Positions 8,708-17,854 of a stretch of 64,000 nt of DNA are shown piece by piece (position 1 is the stretch's first letter; the number at the start of each line of letters is the position of its first letter). The DNA is from a virus. Lineage: Duplodnaviria > Caudoviricetes. The position numbers and the translations under genes were made by a program. The DNA lies in the IMG/VR virus record IMGVR_UViG_3300032227_000976, positions 5,239-69,238 of that record, one strand, 5' to 3'. Under the pieces are notes generated by a model. The model made no database searches. It saw nothing but the letters and a program-made list of their open reading frames with translations, and had not been told where the DNA came from.

Positions 8708-10294
8708 GTGAACCAGAAGATGAGCGCGGAGCAAGCAGCTATCGAGGGCACGCTGCTGGGCGAGCCGTACAAGCCCCCGGACCGCACGGGCACATTCGAT
8801 GTGCCGTCGTATGACGATGTCGCGGACTTGAACCAGTTGTTCAAGCGGTTCGCGAACACGGCGGTCGCCAATGGCGGCGACACGATGATCGGCGTGTACA
8901 ACATCGCGGGGTCGCTGTATGTGAACGGGCAGCCGTTGAATCCCTCGGACGCGTACACGCTGGTCGATAAGACGGCGTCGTTCACCGTTGTCATTGCAGA
9001 CGTCCTCGCTCAGACGCGATTCATGTGTACTTCAGCTGTTGACATGACAGCAGCGATGCCAGCGGATGGCTCGACTCTGCCTGACGGCGCGAGAGTGACG
9101 ATCGTCCAGGCTGGCAAGGGCAAGGTAGTCGTCACTGGCCTGAACGTCATCGGATCGCAGAAAACTAGCGGGCAGTATTCGACGCTTGAGGTGATGTGGC
9201 ACAAAGGAAACTGGTGGTGCCTGTCGTCCGGCGGTGGAGGCGGCGGGGGAATAGGAACCCCTTCGGCCCCAAAGATTTCGTTTAATGGGGATTTTACTCA
9301 GGTGACGTGGGCGGCAGTAAACGATGGCACGGCGGGGGTAACAATCGGATACGGGGTGTTGGCAGATCCTGCGGAGATCGTGTACCGCATTGTTGCTCCA
9401 CCAAAAGAGGGCGATCCGGTCACCATGATGATTGACAAAGTCATTGGTGGGACGAATGTGACCCTTGAAGTGTGGGCTGTGAACGTTGCAGGCCGAGGCG
9501 AGTCGTCAAACACGTTGACGCACACGTACCCGGCTGTTGCTCCGACGACCCTGACCGGTACGGCAGGGGCGGGTTCCGTCTCACTGTCGTGGACGGTCGT
9601 TCCTGATGCTACTGACTACGCCGCCCAATGGCGGGCAGTTGGTGAATCCGCATGGTCAATTGTCGCCGACATTCCGAAGACACTCTCCGTGTATGAGGTC
9701 ACTCAGTTGCAGGAAGTGGCGTATGAGTTTCGGGTGTTTGCGGTGAATGGGTCGTCGTTTTCACCCTCATCGAACGTTGTGACGCTGACTCCCGGTCCTT
9801 CGACTCCGCCAGTGGGGCCGGTGCTGACCCACGATCCGGACACGGTCGGTAAATGGACGATCACGAACTATGACGCGCAGCTCACGTACAGCGTGACCTG
9901 CGACAGCGGGGCTGTGCCTCTCCTGAGCGGCAACAAAATGACGGTGAGTCAACCGCAGCAGCAGTTCACGGTGTCTGTTAGACGAGGGACTGGGTTGTCT
10001 GCGAGCACGACGGCGCAATGCACGCCATACACGTTTCCGTACACCGCTGGGTACTACCAATGCACTGACCAGACGTACGACTACTGCGACGGCAACTCCG
10101 GTTACTGCCCGTGCGGGACATGGCATGAGAGCGAGGGTTCGTGCTCTGGATGGGTGTGCCATGCCGGGTACGACGTCCCTGGTTATTACACGATCGGCGG
10201 TGGTGGAGCCGGTTTTACTGCCTCTTCTAATCCCGGTGCGACGTTCGGTTCACCACCGAGCCCGCCGCCCGGGGAATGGTATCGGGTGCTGTAA
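8708..10294 (+). CDS. Fibre/decoration-like protein with FN3 domains and Cys/Tyr/Gly-rich C-terminus
   Basis: FN3 patterns (VSLSWT...Y.AQWR...YEFRVFAVNG...SNVV); RBS AAGGAG before GTG 8708. Confidence 0.75.
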   Translation: MNQKMSAEQAAIEGTLLGEPYKPPDRTGTFDVPSYDDVADLNQLFKRFANTAVANGGDTMIGVYNIAGSLYVNGQPLNPSDAYTLVDKTASFTVVIADVLAQTRFMCTSAVDMTAAMPADGSTLPDGARVTIVQAGKGKVVVTGLNVIGSQKTSGQYSTLEVMWHKGNWWCLSSGGGGGGGIGTPSAPKISFNGDFTQVTWAAVNDGTAGVTIGYGVLADPAEIVYRIVAPPKEGDPVTMMIDKVIGGTNVTLEVWAVNVAGRGESSNTLTHTYPAVAPTTLTGTAGAGSVSLSWTVVPDATDYAAQWRAVGESAWSIVADIPKTLSVYEVTQLQEVAYEFRVFAVNGSSFSPSSNVVTLTPGPSTPPVGPVLTHDPDTVGKWTITNYDAQLTYSVTCDSGAVPLLSGNKMTVSQPQQQFTVSVRRGTGLSASTTAQCTPYTFPYTAGYYQCTDQTYDYCDGNSGYCPCGTWHESEGSCSGWVCHAGYDVPGYYTIGGGGAGFTASSNPGATFGSPPSPPPGEWYRVL

Positions 10295-10929
10295 TGGAGT
10301 ACGAAGTTGAGCAGGGCAATGCGATCGACATCGTGTGGGATCTCCCGGGGGTCGAGGATCTCCCTGATGGAAGCATCACGCTGGATGTTGTGAAGTCGTC
10401 ACTGACGCTCACGTTCCCTGATGGTTCTGTTCAGGTGCTGAGGTTGATGCGTGATGTCGTTATCCAACGGCAATGGCCGTCGATGAAGGTCTCAGCGCTC
10501 CTTCGCAAGGACGACACGTCTGATTGGCCGATTGGTGACATCGGGTATGTCGCTAACTTCCTGCTCAAGGACGGGACCGTGAGCAACCATGACACGGGCG
10601 TGATCTCGGTGTTGCAGTTGTCATCGGCGTTGCAACCGAAGCCGGTGCGTCCGTGGAACTTGCTGAACCCTTTGGAGTTCCTTGCGCCAGACGCTGAGCA
10701 GGATGAGCGTCTTGCCGTGTGCAAGGGCTGCCCTCGGCTCAAGAAGGGCGTGTGCCTTGAGTGCGGCTGCGTCATGAAGGTGAAGGTTCGCTTGGCTCGC
10801 GCCACATGCCCGTTGGGGCATTGGGGGATGAGCAAGGATCCAGTGCCGAATGGCGCTGTCGGCGAGTTCCTTGCTATCAAACGAGCTCATTTCGGTGATA
10901 GCAACAACCCTGATATTGATGCTTCATAG
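10294..10929 (+). CDS. Two-domain protein: beta-rich N-terminus plus Cys-cluster C-terminal domain (DUF6171-like)
   Basis: RLAVCKGCPRL...CLECGCVMKVK..L..ATCPLGHW; TAATG coupling to the upstream gene. Confidence 0.7.
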   Translation: MEYEVEQGNAIDIVWDLPGVEDLPDGSITLDVVKSSLTLTFPDGSVQVLRLMRDVVIQRQWPSMKVSALLRKDDTSDWPIGDIGYVANFLLKDGTVSNHDTGVISVLQLSSALQPKPVRPWNLLNPLEFLAPDAEQDERLAVCKGCPRLKKGVCLECGCVMKVKVRLARATCPLGHWGMSKDPVPNGAVGEFLAIKRAHFGDSNNPDIDAS

Positions 10930-11009
10930 TGTGGTGCGTGAGGCATTGTGAGGCGTTAGTGTAGGTGGGGAGCAGCCTTCTGCTGCATCTAGCCTCAGAG
11001 GAGCCCCAC

Positions 11010-12044
11010 ATGAGTATTGGCATGGGCATCACAAGCCTTGAAGGCCAGTGGCCGAGTAACGTCACCTGGTCGCGTATCTGGGATATTGGCTGCCATTGGG
11101 GTGCGGTCAACCCGGAGCGTGGCGTGTACGACTGGTCGAAACTTGATGCCGTCGTGGATCGCATGACTTCACGTGGGATGCGGATCATCTACACGATCGG
11201 TGGCGCACCGCAGTGGAACTCGTCGAACCCGAACTCAACGACGTACGCCCCATGGCTGGGCAAGGGGTCAAATGGCCTGCCAGCGGATCAGAACGAGTTC
11301 AACGTGTTCTGCTACAACCTTGTCACCCGCTACAAGGGACGTATTCACGCATACGAGATGTGGAATGAGCCGCAGCTCATCGAGTTCCTTGACCCGTATA
11401 CGGCGGCGAACACGGACATCCTCGCCCAGATGACGAAGCGGTTCTACACGAACGCGAAACTGTGGGACCCGGATTGCCTGGTTCTTGGCGCGCCGATCCT
11501 TCCTCGGCCGACGTCCGGGGGGATGAAGAAGGCAACGACATACCTGACGTCTATGCAGACGAAGGGCTGGAACGTCGACTACATGACGTGCCACATCTAC
11601 CCGAAGACGGGTGAGGGCGATCAGTGGACGCCGTATTTGAACGAGGTGCGGGCGAAACTGGTGGAGATGGGCGCACCGAAGCCTCGGGTGCCGTGGGTTA
11701 CGGAAACGATGTTCAACCTCCTTGGGGATGACCCGGGTGACGCGACGGTGTCGGCGTGGACGAAGGCGTTGTATGACGGCGCGAAGACCGCCGGCGTCTC
11801 GGTGATCATCTGGTATGCGTGGAACCGCCCTGATTTGAAGGGTCCGTGGATTTTTACCGGCACCCAGCAGTGGGACGACATCCAACGGTATGGCCCGATG
11901 TTCGAGGAAGTTGATGACCTGTCGTTTTTTGAGGAGTTGTGGGCTGCTGTCGTGGAGTGGGCGCAGGACGTCGCTGACACTGCCCGTCGGTTGTGGTGTT
12001 CGGTTCGTAGGTTCGTGAACCGATTGTTGGCACACGAAGACTGA
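11010..12044 (+). CDS. Clan GH-A glycoside hydrolase (GH5/GH39-like TIM barrel)
   Basis: WGAVNPERGVYDWSKLD; acid/base YEMWNEP; HIYP; nucleophile WVTET. Confidence 0.85.
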   Translation: MSIGMGITSLEGQWPSNVTWSRIWDIGCHWGAVNPERGVYDWSKLDAVVDRMTSRGMRIIYTIGGAPQWNSSNPNSTTYAPWLGKGSNGLPADQNEFNVFCYNLVTRYKGRIHAYEMWNEPQLIEFLDPYTAANTDILAQMTKRFYTNAKLWDPDCLVLGAPILPRPTSGGMKKATTYLTSMQTKGWNVDYMTCHIYPKTGEGDQWTPYLNEVRAKLVEMGAPKPRVPWVTETMFNLLGDDPGDATVSAWTKALYDGAKTAGVSVIIWYAWNRPDLKGPWIFTGTQQWDDIQRYGPMFEEVDDLSFFEELWAAVVEWAQDVADTARRLWCSVRRFVNRLLAHED

Positions 12045-12079
12045 CCTGTTCCCACCTGTTCCCACCTGTTCCCGGGAAC
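12044..12079. repeat. 3x tandem ACCTGTTCCC ending in palindrome GTTCCCGGGAAC
   Basis: Copies at 12044, 12054 and 12064; palindrome at 12068-12079. Confidence 0.9.
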
Positions 12080-12214
12080 GCATCGGGGAGATATTTGCCG
12101 AATTTTGTATCAATCCATGACGCTGTGAGGCATTGTTCATCAGTATGATCATCGTGGAGACCAGACTTCTGCCGCTCGCTTACGTCGCCTACGGGCCTAC
12201 TGGAGGAATCTGCC

Positions 12215-13951
12215 ATGCACAACGTTGGAACGATGGTCGGGGCTGATCGAACCGTTCAAATCATCCCCAGTGTGTACACGATGATCTCGAACGACAACAC
12301 CAGGTACATGCACGCTGTCGCTGACACCGTGATCACGGTTCCGGACGGGACGATTGGTTGGCGGGGCGGCGTCGGTACGTCGTATGTCGTGTACGCGATC
12401 GGTGGTTCAGTGACGTGGGTGTTTGACCCGAGTCAAGCGTTCACCGCAGATCAGGGCTTGGTGTGCCCGCAGGGCGGCTACACGATTGCCTACTACTGCG
12501 ATTCGAACAAGTGGCTGGTGTTTATGCCGTCGCAGGTCGGCACCGGCAAGCCAGGCCCTGAGGGACCCGCTGGCCCGGTCGGCCCTGGCGGTCCCGCTGG
12601 CAAGGATGGCACGCCGGGTACGCCTGGCACTCCTGGGCGTGACGGACAGCAGGGCCCTGCTGGGCCTCAGGGCTCGGTTGGTCCTGCTGGCGCTGCCGGG
12701 AAGGACGGGAAGAGCTTCGAGATCAAGGGCTACTACGACACGCTGGCGCAGTTGAAGGCAGCACGGCCGGTGGGCGTGGCTGGCGACTGCTACCTCGTCG
12801 GTTCGCCCGGGCATTTGTTCACGTGGGACACGACGGAAGCCCAATGGCAGGATTCTGGTGTTGTCGAGGGGCCTGCTGGCCCTACTGGTCCGTTGGGTCC
12901 TCAGGGGCCGATTGGACCGCAGGGCGATCAGGGCATTCAGGGCGTAAAGGGCGATCCCGGCCCGGTTGGCCCTCCCGGTCCCGGTGGCGGTTCGAGCCTC
13001 ATCACTGTCCAAGTGAAGACCGGTGACTACACGGTGCAGTCTGGTGATCTTGCGACGCTGTTTGTGGCGCACGAGAAGCCGCTCACGGTGTGGCTGCCGT
13101 CTTCTGTCGAGGTGGCGATGCCGATCGGCACGTGGGTCGAGATCACTGACGAGGATGTCTCTGACGACAAGACGGTTGCCCGGTTCTATCCGACGGAGAA
13201 CGCTCGGCTTATTTCCCCGCTGGGGAACGTGGCGGGTGCGTCTGGTCAGTCGATTCGCGCGATCAAGGTCGATGACGATTCGTGGCTGATCAATGGCCTG
13301 ACGAAGGCCGACGTGAACCCGCCGGCTCCTCGGCCGTTCTCGCATTTCGGCGGCGGCACTGGTGTCGGGCCTGACGGAAAGCTGCTGCCTGACGTGTTGC
13401 AGATTGACTGGACGATCGACCAGCTCGGCGTGGTGTCGCAGACCTTGGAGATCTTTCTCCCGGATACGACCCCGGTGTGGTCTTCCGCGATCGCGCCTGG
13501 GGTGTCCCAGTTCGTGTCTGCGCAGTACCAGTTCCCTGCGTGGACGAACTTCGTGTCACGGATAACGGTCACGGATAAGCAGGGCCGGGTGTCGCAGAAG
13601 GTGTCGAGCAAGTTCTACGCAATGGGGAAGCCGACGATGGCACTCCCTGATCAGCCGTACATGTACAAGTCGACGCCGACCCTGTTCCAGTCGTATTCGA
13701 AGCCGGTGAATGGCGCGATCACGGTGCAGCATCCCGATGGTGGGTTCTTCAAGAATGTCGCTCAGGTGAAGATGGACGGCGGCCTCGATACCTGGGCGTC
13801 GTCAAGCGCTGAGAACGGCAGCTATTACAACAGCGTGCTGATCGTGAATTACCCGAGTCCGGTGAAGAAGGGCACGCCCCGTGAGGCCCGCTACGTAGCG
13901 CAGAACGATTTCGGCACGACGATTTCGACGTTCTTCGTTGACCCGGAGTGA
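12215..13951 (+). CDS. Collagen-like (Gly-X-Y) tail fibre/minor structural protein
   Basis: Two long GPXG/GXY tracts separated by the common [13 protein letters not shown]...GDCYLV spacer domain. Confidence 0.85.
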   Translation: MHNVGTMVGADRTVQIIPSVYTMISNDNTRYMHAVADTVITVPDGTIGWRGGVGTSYVVYAIGGSVTWVFDPSQAFTADQGLVCPQGGYTIAYYCDSNKWLVFMPSQVGTGKPGPEGPAGPVGPGGPAGKDGTPGTPGTPGRDGQQGPAGPQGSVGPAGAAGKDGKSFEIKGYYDTLAQLKAARPVGVAGDCYLVGSPGHLFTWDTTEAQWQDSGVVEGPAGPTGPLGPQGPIGPQGDQGIQGVKGDPGPVGPPGPGGGSSLITVQVKTGDYTVQSGDLATLFVAHEKPLTVWLPSSVEVAMPIGTWVEITDEDVSDDKTVARFYPTENARLISPLGNVAGASGQSIRAIKVDDDSWLINGLTKADVNPPAPRPFSHFGGGTGVGPDGKLLPDVLQIDWTIDQLGVVSQTLEIFLPDTTPVWSSAIAPGVSQFVSAQYQFPAWTNFVSRITVTDKQGRVSQKVSSKFYAMGKPTMALPDQPYMYKSTPTLFQSYSKPVNGAITVQHPDGGFFKNVAQVKMDGGLDTWASSSAENGSYYNSVLIVNYPSPVKKGTPREARYVAQNDFGTTISTFFVDPE

Positions 13952-14232
13952 CGATGCGCACGTTCATCGACTTCTTCGCGATGTGGCTGGCGATCAACAT
14001 GATCGCCTGGTCGACGCTGTGGTGGACGTATGACAAGACGGTGACGTGGGACGAGGAGGGGCATCTCCTCGTCCAGACGAGCCTAGGGGCGCTGGCGATC
14101 ACGCTGGCGGTGTGGGGAGTGACTCGGGCGACACGGCCGGGGTCTGCGATCCCAGGGAAGTACTCGAAAGCGGTCGAGGACGCGCTGGATAAGACGATGC
14201 AAGTGAGTGACAAGGAGCAGGCGAATGAGTGA
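13948..14232 (+). CDS. Putative holin (2 TM segments)
   Basis: Two hydrophobic helices, charged C-terminus, directly upstream of the endolysin. Confidence 0.6.
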   Translation: MTMRTFIDFFAMWLAINMIAWSTLWWTYDKTVTWDEEGHLLVQTSLGALAITLAVWGVTRATRPGSAIPGKYSKAVEDALDKTMQVSDKEQANE

Positions 14233-14698
14233 GGTCCCTCTCGCTTTTGTGTCAAGTGACGTGCAGGAGCATGAGCCGGTCGCTGCGACGGCTCGGTTGC
14301 ACAGCGTGGATCAGGCACGCGCGTATGCACTTGGTCAAGTGGATGCCCCGTCGCAGTCTTGGGCTGGCATGTGCCAGTCATTCGTACGGCATTGCCACGG
14401 TGTGCCGTCGTGGGCGTTGACGGCGTATGACGCATGGTTGCAGGTCCCAGCGGCGCACCGCAATGTGTCGGCTGATGTTCCGCTGGGCGCTGCGGTGTAT
14501 TTCAAACGGAATCATGTGGGCGCGGAACGCCCAGGTCATGTGGTGTTTTCTCTTGGCGGTGGCATGTGCGTGTCGAATGACATTTACCGCCGGGGCAAGG
14601 TTGATATCGCTCCGATTGACGTGTTTGAGCCTCATTGGAATATGCGCCTGCTTGGCTGGAGTTTTTGGACGCCGTTCGGGTTCTTGTCAAAGTCATGA
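14225..14698 (+). CDS. Endolysin, CHAP/NlpC-like Cys-His peptidase
   Basis: GMCQSFVR (catalytic Cys); GAAVYF; PGHVVFSLGGG (His); LLGWS C-terminus. Confidence 0.8.
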   Translation: MSEVPLAFVSSDVQEHEPVAATARLHSVDQARAYALGQVDAPSQSWAGMCQSFVRHCHGVPSWALTAYDAWLQVPAAHRNVSADVPLGAAVYFKRNHVGAERPGHVVFSLGGGMCVSNDIYRRGKVDIAPIDVFEPHWNMRLLGWSFWTPFGFLSKS

Positions 14699-14823
14699 GA
14701 TGGCGTGTGTGGGTTCGAGCATTGGGTGCTGCGGCCGGAGCGGTGATGCTGGTGTTGGTGTTTTTCGTGCTGGGGTTGTTTAGCGCACGCTTGTTGATTG
14801 ATCTGTTCAGCATGGTTCAGTGA
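14695..14823 (+). CDS. Small single-TM membrane protein (42 aa), lysis-associated?
   Basis: ATGA overlap with the endolysin; strongly hydrophobic. Confidence 0.55.
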   Translation: MRWRVWVRALGAAAGAVMLVLVFFVLGLFSARLLIDLFSMVQ

Positions 14824-14934
14824 TGTTTCACGGGGAACCACGATGTCTTGGGTTATGAAATTGTTATGCGTTGTGACGCAACGCTAGACAGCGTGAGGCG
14901 TTAGGCTGGGTGTATCAGACTCATGGAGGTACAC

Positions 14935-15408
14935 ATGACCGCGCTTTCCCGCCTCGCCGCCGAGGTCAGAAAGGACGAGTTCGGCTATCCGCCGAAGTCC
15001 CGTGTCCCTGAGGGTGTCATCGCTGGCGGGACGCTTGTCGGCGGTCTTGGCGCTTTGGGTGTGAACAACGCATTTCAACTGCCGAGGCGTTCAAGGGACG
15101 CGGTGGCGTATCACCAAAATAGGTTGGCCACTTCTAAGCCGAAGGCGGTAGCGGCGAAGGCTCGCGCTAAATCCACCAGCAGGCTCAGCCCGAAGAAGGG
15201 CATGTATGAGCGTGCGGCGATAGCGGCTCGTGCGGATGCGGTGAGGGACGTGAACAACCTTCGAGCGAACAAGCACATCATCCGGAATATGCGAGCGCAC
15301 CAGTTGCGTCAGGGGCTGTCCGGAGGCGGGGTGCTTGCTGCGGGTGCCGGTTTGGCAGCTCTGGGGTCGAGGATGCGCGGGAGGCGTGATGAGTATTCAG
15401 CAGCCTAG
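14935..15408 (+). CDS. Basic Ala/Gly-rich head-module protein with hydrophobic segments
   Basis: RBS GGAGG; GxxxG-rich segments; EVRK|D motif near the N-terminus. Confidence 0.75.
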   Translation: MTALSRLAAEVRKDEFGYPPKSRVPEGVIAGGTLVGGLGALGVNNAFQLPRRSRDAVAYHQNRLATSKPKAVAAKARAKSTSRLSPKKGMYERAAIAARADAVRDVNNLRANKHIIRNMRAHQLRQGLSGGGVLAAGAGLAALGSRMRGRRDEYSAA

Positions 15409-16057
15409 GTTTGGCAGCCCGAATGATTCGGGTAGGCGTGAGCGCGGCGCGGCGTATGCGGGGATGGGTACGGCGCTTGCTGGGGGCGGCGCGTACGCGT
15501 ATGGCCGTGGGCAGCGGCGCATGGGGATTGCGGCGCAGGATATTGGCGCTGAGCGGCATGCCGCTGGGCTTGCCGGGGCGAAGAAGATCATGGACGAGGC
15601 GCAACGTGGGTCAGCGACTGGCAAGGTTGATGGCCGATCAAAGGCTGGCAGGCAGTTGAAGAATTTCAAGGTCGAGGTGGAGGCTGGGCGCGACCAGTAC
15701 TGGTCTGGGAAGAAGATGGTGTCCCGGTCGAAGCCGTACCGTATCGGCGGTCTTGCGGCTCTCGCTGCGGGCGCTGGCCTGATGGGTGCTGGCATTATCG
15801 GTTCGGACCGCGCTCGGGCCCGTGGCTTGCGGCCCAAGAAGTCCACTGTCACAGACATCAATGAATACCGGGAGCGCGGCGCAAACGTGCAGGGCGGTCT
15901 GCTGCGTAATGCCGCGGGCGAGCGTAACGAAATCCCGGGCAGGAAGGTGCCAGCCAAGCAGCGGCAGTACTTGGTGGACCGCGGCTTGGTGAACCCGGAT
16001 GCGTCTGACAGGGAAGTTTTGGACGTACTGCGTCGGGAGCGCGCAAATGGCCGTTGA
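15389..16057 (+). CDS. Basic Ala/Gly-rich head-module protein with hydrophobic segments
   Basis: RBS GGAGG; AGMGTALAGGGAYAYG and IGGLAALAAGAGLMGAGII segments; overlaps the portal start. Confidence 0.75.
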   Translation: MSIQQPRFGSPNDSGRRERGAAYAGMGTALAGGGAYAYGRGQRRMGIAAQDIGAERHAAGLAGAKKIMDEAQRGSATGKVDGRSKAGRQLKNFKVEVEAGRDQYWSGKKMVSRSKPYRIGGLAALAAGAGLMGAGIIGSDRARARGLRPKKSTVTDINEYRERGANVQGGLLRNAAGERNEIPGRKVPAKQRQYLVDRGLVNPDASDREVLDVLRRERANGR

Positions 16058-17600
16058 CCCGAACTACGCGAATGTCGGGCAGAACATCGGCGCGTTGAAG
16101 ACCGTGGACGTGAACCCGGTTGATGAAGCGGCGATGGTTCAAAACGAGCGCCTGAGCCCGTTCATGGAATTGGGCACGACTGGTTTGAAGCGTGCCGCCG
16201 GGTACATCGATGAGGAGTTCCTGCCGCAGCTGCGGGGCCGCAAGTCGGTGCAGGTCTTCAAGGAGATGAGCGAGAACGACCCACTGGTGGGCGCGTTGCT
16301 GTTCTCTATCGACCGGCTGCTGCGCAACGTGGAGTGGACGGTGAAGCCGGGCGGGAAGACCGCCGAGGATGCCCGCGCCGCTGAGTTCGTCGAGCAGTGC
16401 ATGAGCGACATGTCGGAGCCGTGGAGCAACTTCATCGGTGAGGTTCTCACGATGCTTCCGTTCGGCTGGTCGTGGCATGAGGTGGTGTACAAGCGACGTG
16501 GCGGCCAGTGGAACCGCAATCCGAAGACGCGGAGCAAGTTCAGCGACAACTTGATCGGGTGGCGCAAGATGCCGATCCGGTCGCAGGAGACGCTGCTGCG
16601 CTGGGTGTTTGACGACTCTGGCGACACGAAAGCAATGGTGCAGTTGGCCCCGCCGTTCTACAAGACGACGGTTCTTCCGGTGGAGCGGAGCCTGCTGTTT
16701 CGGTACAAGTCGAACAAGGGGAACCCTGAGGGCATTTCGATGCTTCGGAACGCCTACCGGCCGTGGTACATGAAGAAGCGCCTTGAGGAGTTTGAGGCTG
16801 TCGGCGTGGAGCGTGATCTCGCTGGCTTACCGGTGGTGAAGGTTCCTGCGGAGATGCTGCGGGCGAAGCCGGGCACGGAGCAGGCGAAGGCGGTGGAGGC
16901 GTTCAAGCGGATGGTGAAGAGCGTCCGCAGGGATGAGCAGGAGGGCATCGTGTTCCCGATGGCCTACGACCAGGACACGAAGCAACCGCTGTATTCGTTT
17001 GAGCTGATGGGCGGCGGCGGGGGTAGACAGTTCAACACGGACGAGATCATCAAGCGGTATGAGGAGCGGATCCTCATGACGGTCCTTGCAGATTTCATCC
17101 TGGTGGGTCATCAGTCAGTGGGGTCGTACAGCCTGCACACGGATAAGACGGGCATTTTCCGCACGAGCCTGAACTCGATCGCAGAGTCGATCGCTGACGT
17201 ACTGAACCGCTATGCGCTGCCTCGTCTGTTCATGGTGAATGGTTGGAGGCCGGAGCATCTGCCGGAGATCGTTCCGACGGACGTTGATTCGCCGGATATC
17301 GCGCAGTTGGGCCAGTTCATGCAGGCGATGGCGGGCACTGGGGTGAGTTGGTTCCCGGATGGGGAGTTGGAGAACTTCGTGCGCGAGGCGGCCCGGCTGC
17401 CGAAACTGGACAAGGACCAAGTGGAGATCCGCCGCCAAATGCAGATGCGCAGCGATGCAACGGCGTTCGCAGACGCGAACACGGCGTACGTGCAGTCGGA
17501 GCAGGCGTCTGAGATGGCCGAGTCGGGGCAGTTGCCTCTTCCGGGCATGGAGGGCATGGATTCGCAGGGGAAGCCACAGCAACAGAAGGGTGCGCCGTGA
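16047..17600 (+). CDS. Portal protein (DUF935/Mu gp29-like)
   Basis: ELGTTGL...EEFLPQL.G; MLPFGWSWHEVVYK; GNPEGISMLRNAYRPW; GVERDLAGLP; GSYSL motifs. Confidence 0.9.
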   Translation: MAVDPNYANVGQNIGALKTVDVNPVDEAAMVQNERLSPFMELGTTGLKRAAGYIDEEFLPQLRGRKSVQVFKEMSENDPLVGALLFSIDRLLRNVEWTVKPGGKTAEDARAAEFVEQCMSDMSEPWSNFIGEVLTMLPFGWSWHEVVYKRRGGQWNRNPKTRSKFSDNLIGWRKMPIRSQETLLRWVFDDSGDTKAMVQLAPPFYKTTVLPVERSLLFRYKSNKGNPEGISMLRNAYRPWYMKKRLEEFEAVGVERDLAGLPVVKVPAEMLRAKPGTEQAKAVEAFKRMVKSVRRDEQEGIVFPMAYDQDTKQPLYSFELMGGGGGRQFNTDEIIKRYEERILMTVLADFILVGHQSVGSYSLHTDKTGIFRTSLNSIAESIADVLNRYALPRLFMVNGWRPEHLPEIVPTDVDSPDIAQLGQFMQAMAGTGVSWFPDGELENFVREAARLPKLDKDQVEIRRQMQMRSDATAFADANTAYVQSEQASEMAESGQLPLPGMEGMDSQGKPQQQKGAP

Positions 17601-17854
17601 TGCTTCAGGAGTTGGCACGTAGGTACGCGGTCGGCATTTGTGTGCTTGTCGCCGAGGGCAAAACGACCGATGCGGTTGAGGCGACGAAGGTGTTTGTCGC
17701 AGAGGCGATGGCGCTGGGGCATACACCGTTTGATGCGATGTTTGCCTTGTTTCAGACATCTGTTGGGTGCGCGGTGGCAGCGGGCGACTACATCCCGGGT
17801 GGTGCTGCTGAGTATTTCTCCGGGTGCGCGCTGGGTTTGGCGGTGCAGTCATGA
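17597..17854 (+). CDS. Hypothetical protein (85 aa)
   Basis: Coupled overlaps with the portal and the next gene. Confidence 0.65.
   Translation: MMLQELARRYAVGICVLVAEGKTTDAVEATKVFVAEAMALGHTPFDAMFALFQTSVGCAVAAGDYIPGGAAEYFSGCALGLAVQS

Noticed and set aside
11268-12152. Long antisense/alternate-frame ORFs (also 12407-13345, 19639-20679, 20782-21675, 22264-23172, 24114-25088, 57582-58277)
   Set aside because: They shadow well-supported genes on the other strand or frame, have Arg/Pro/His-rich low-information composition typical of high-GC shadow ORFs, and lack RBSs.
8708-13951. Diversity-generating retroelement targeting the fibre genes
   Set aside because: No reverse transcriptase and no template/variable repeat pair seen in the window.
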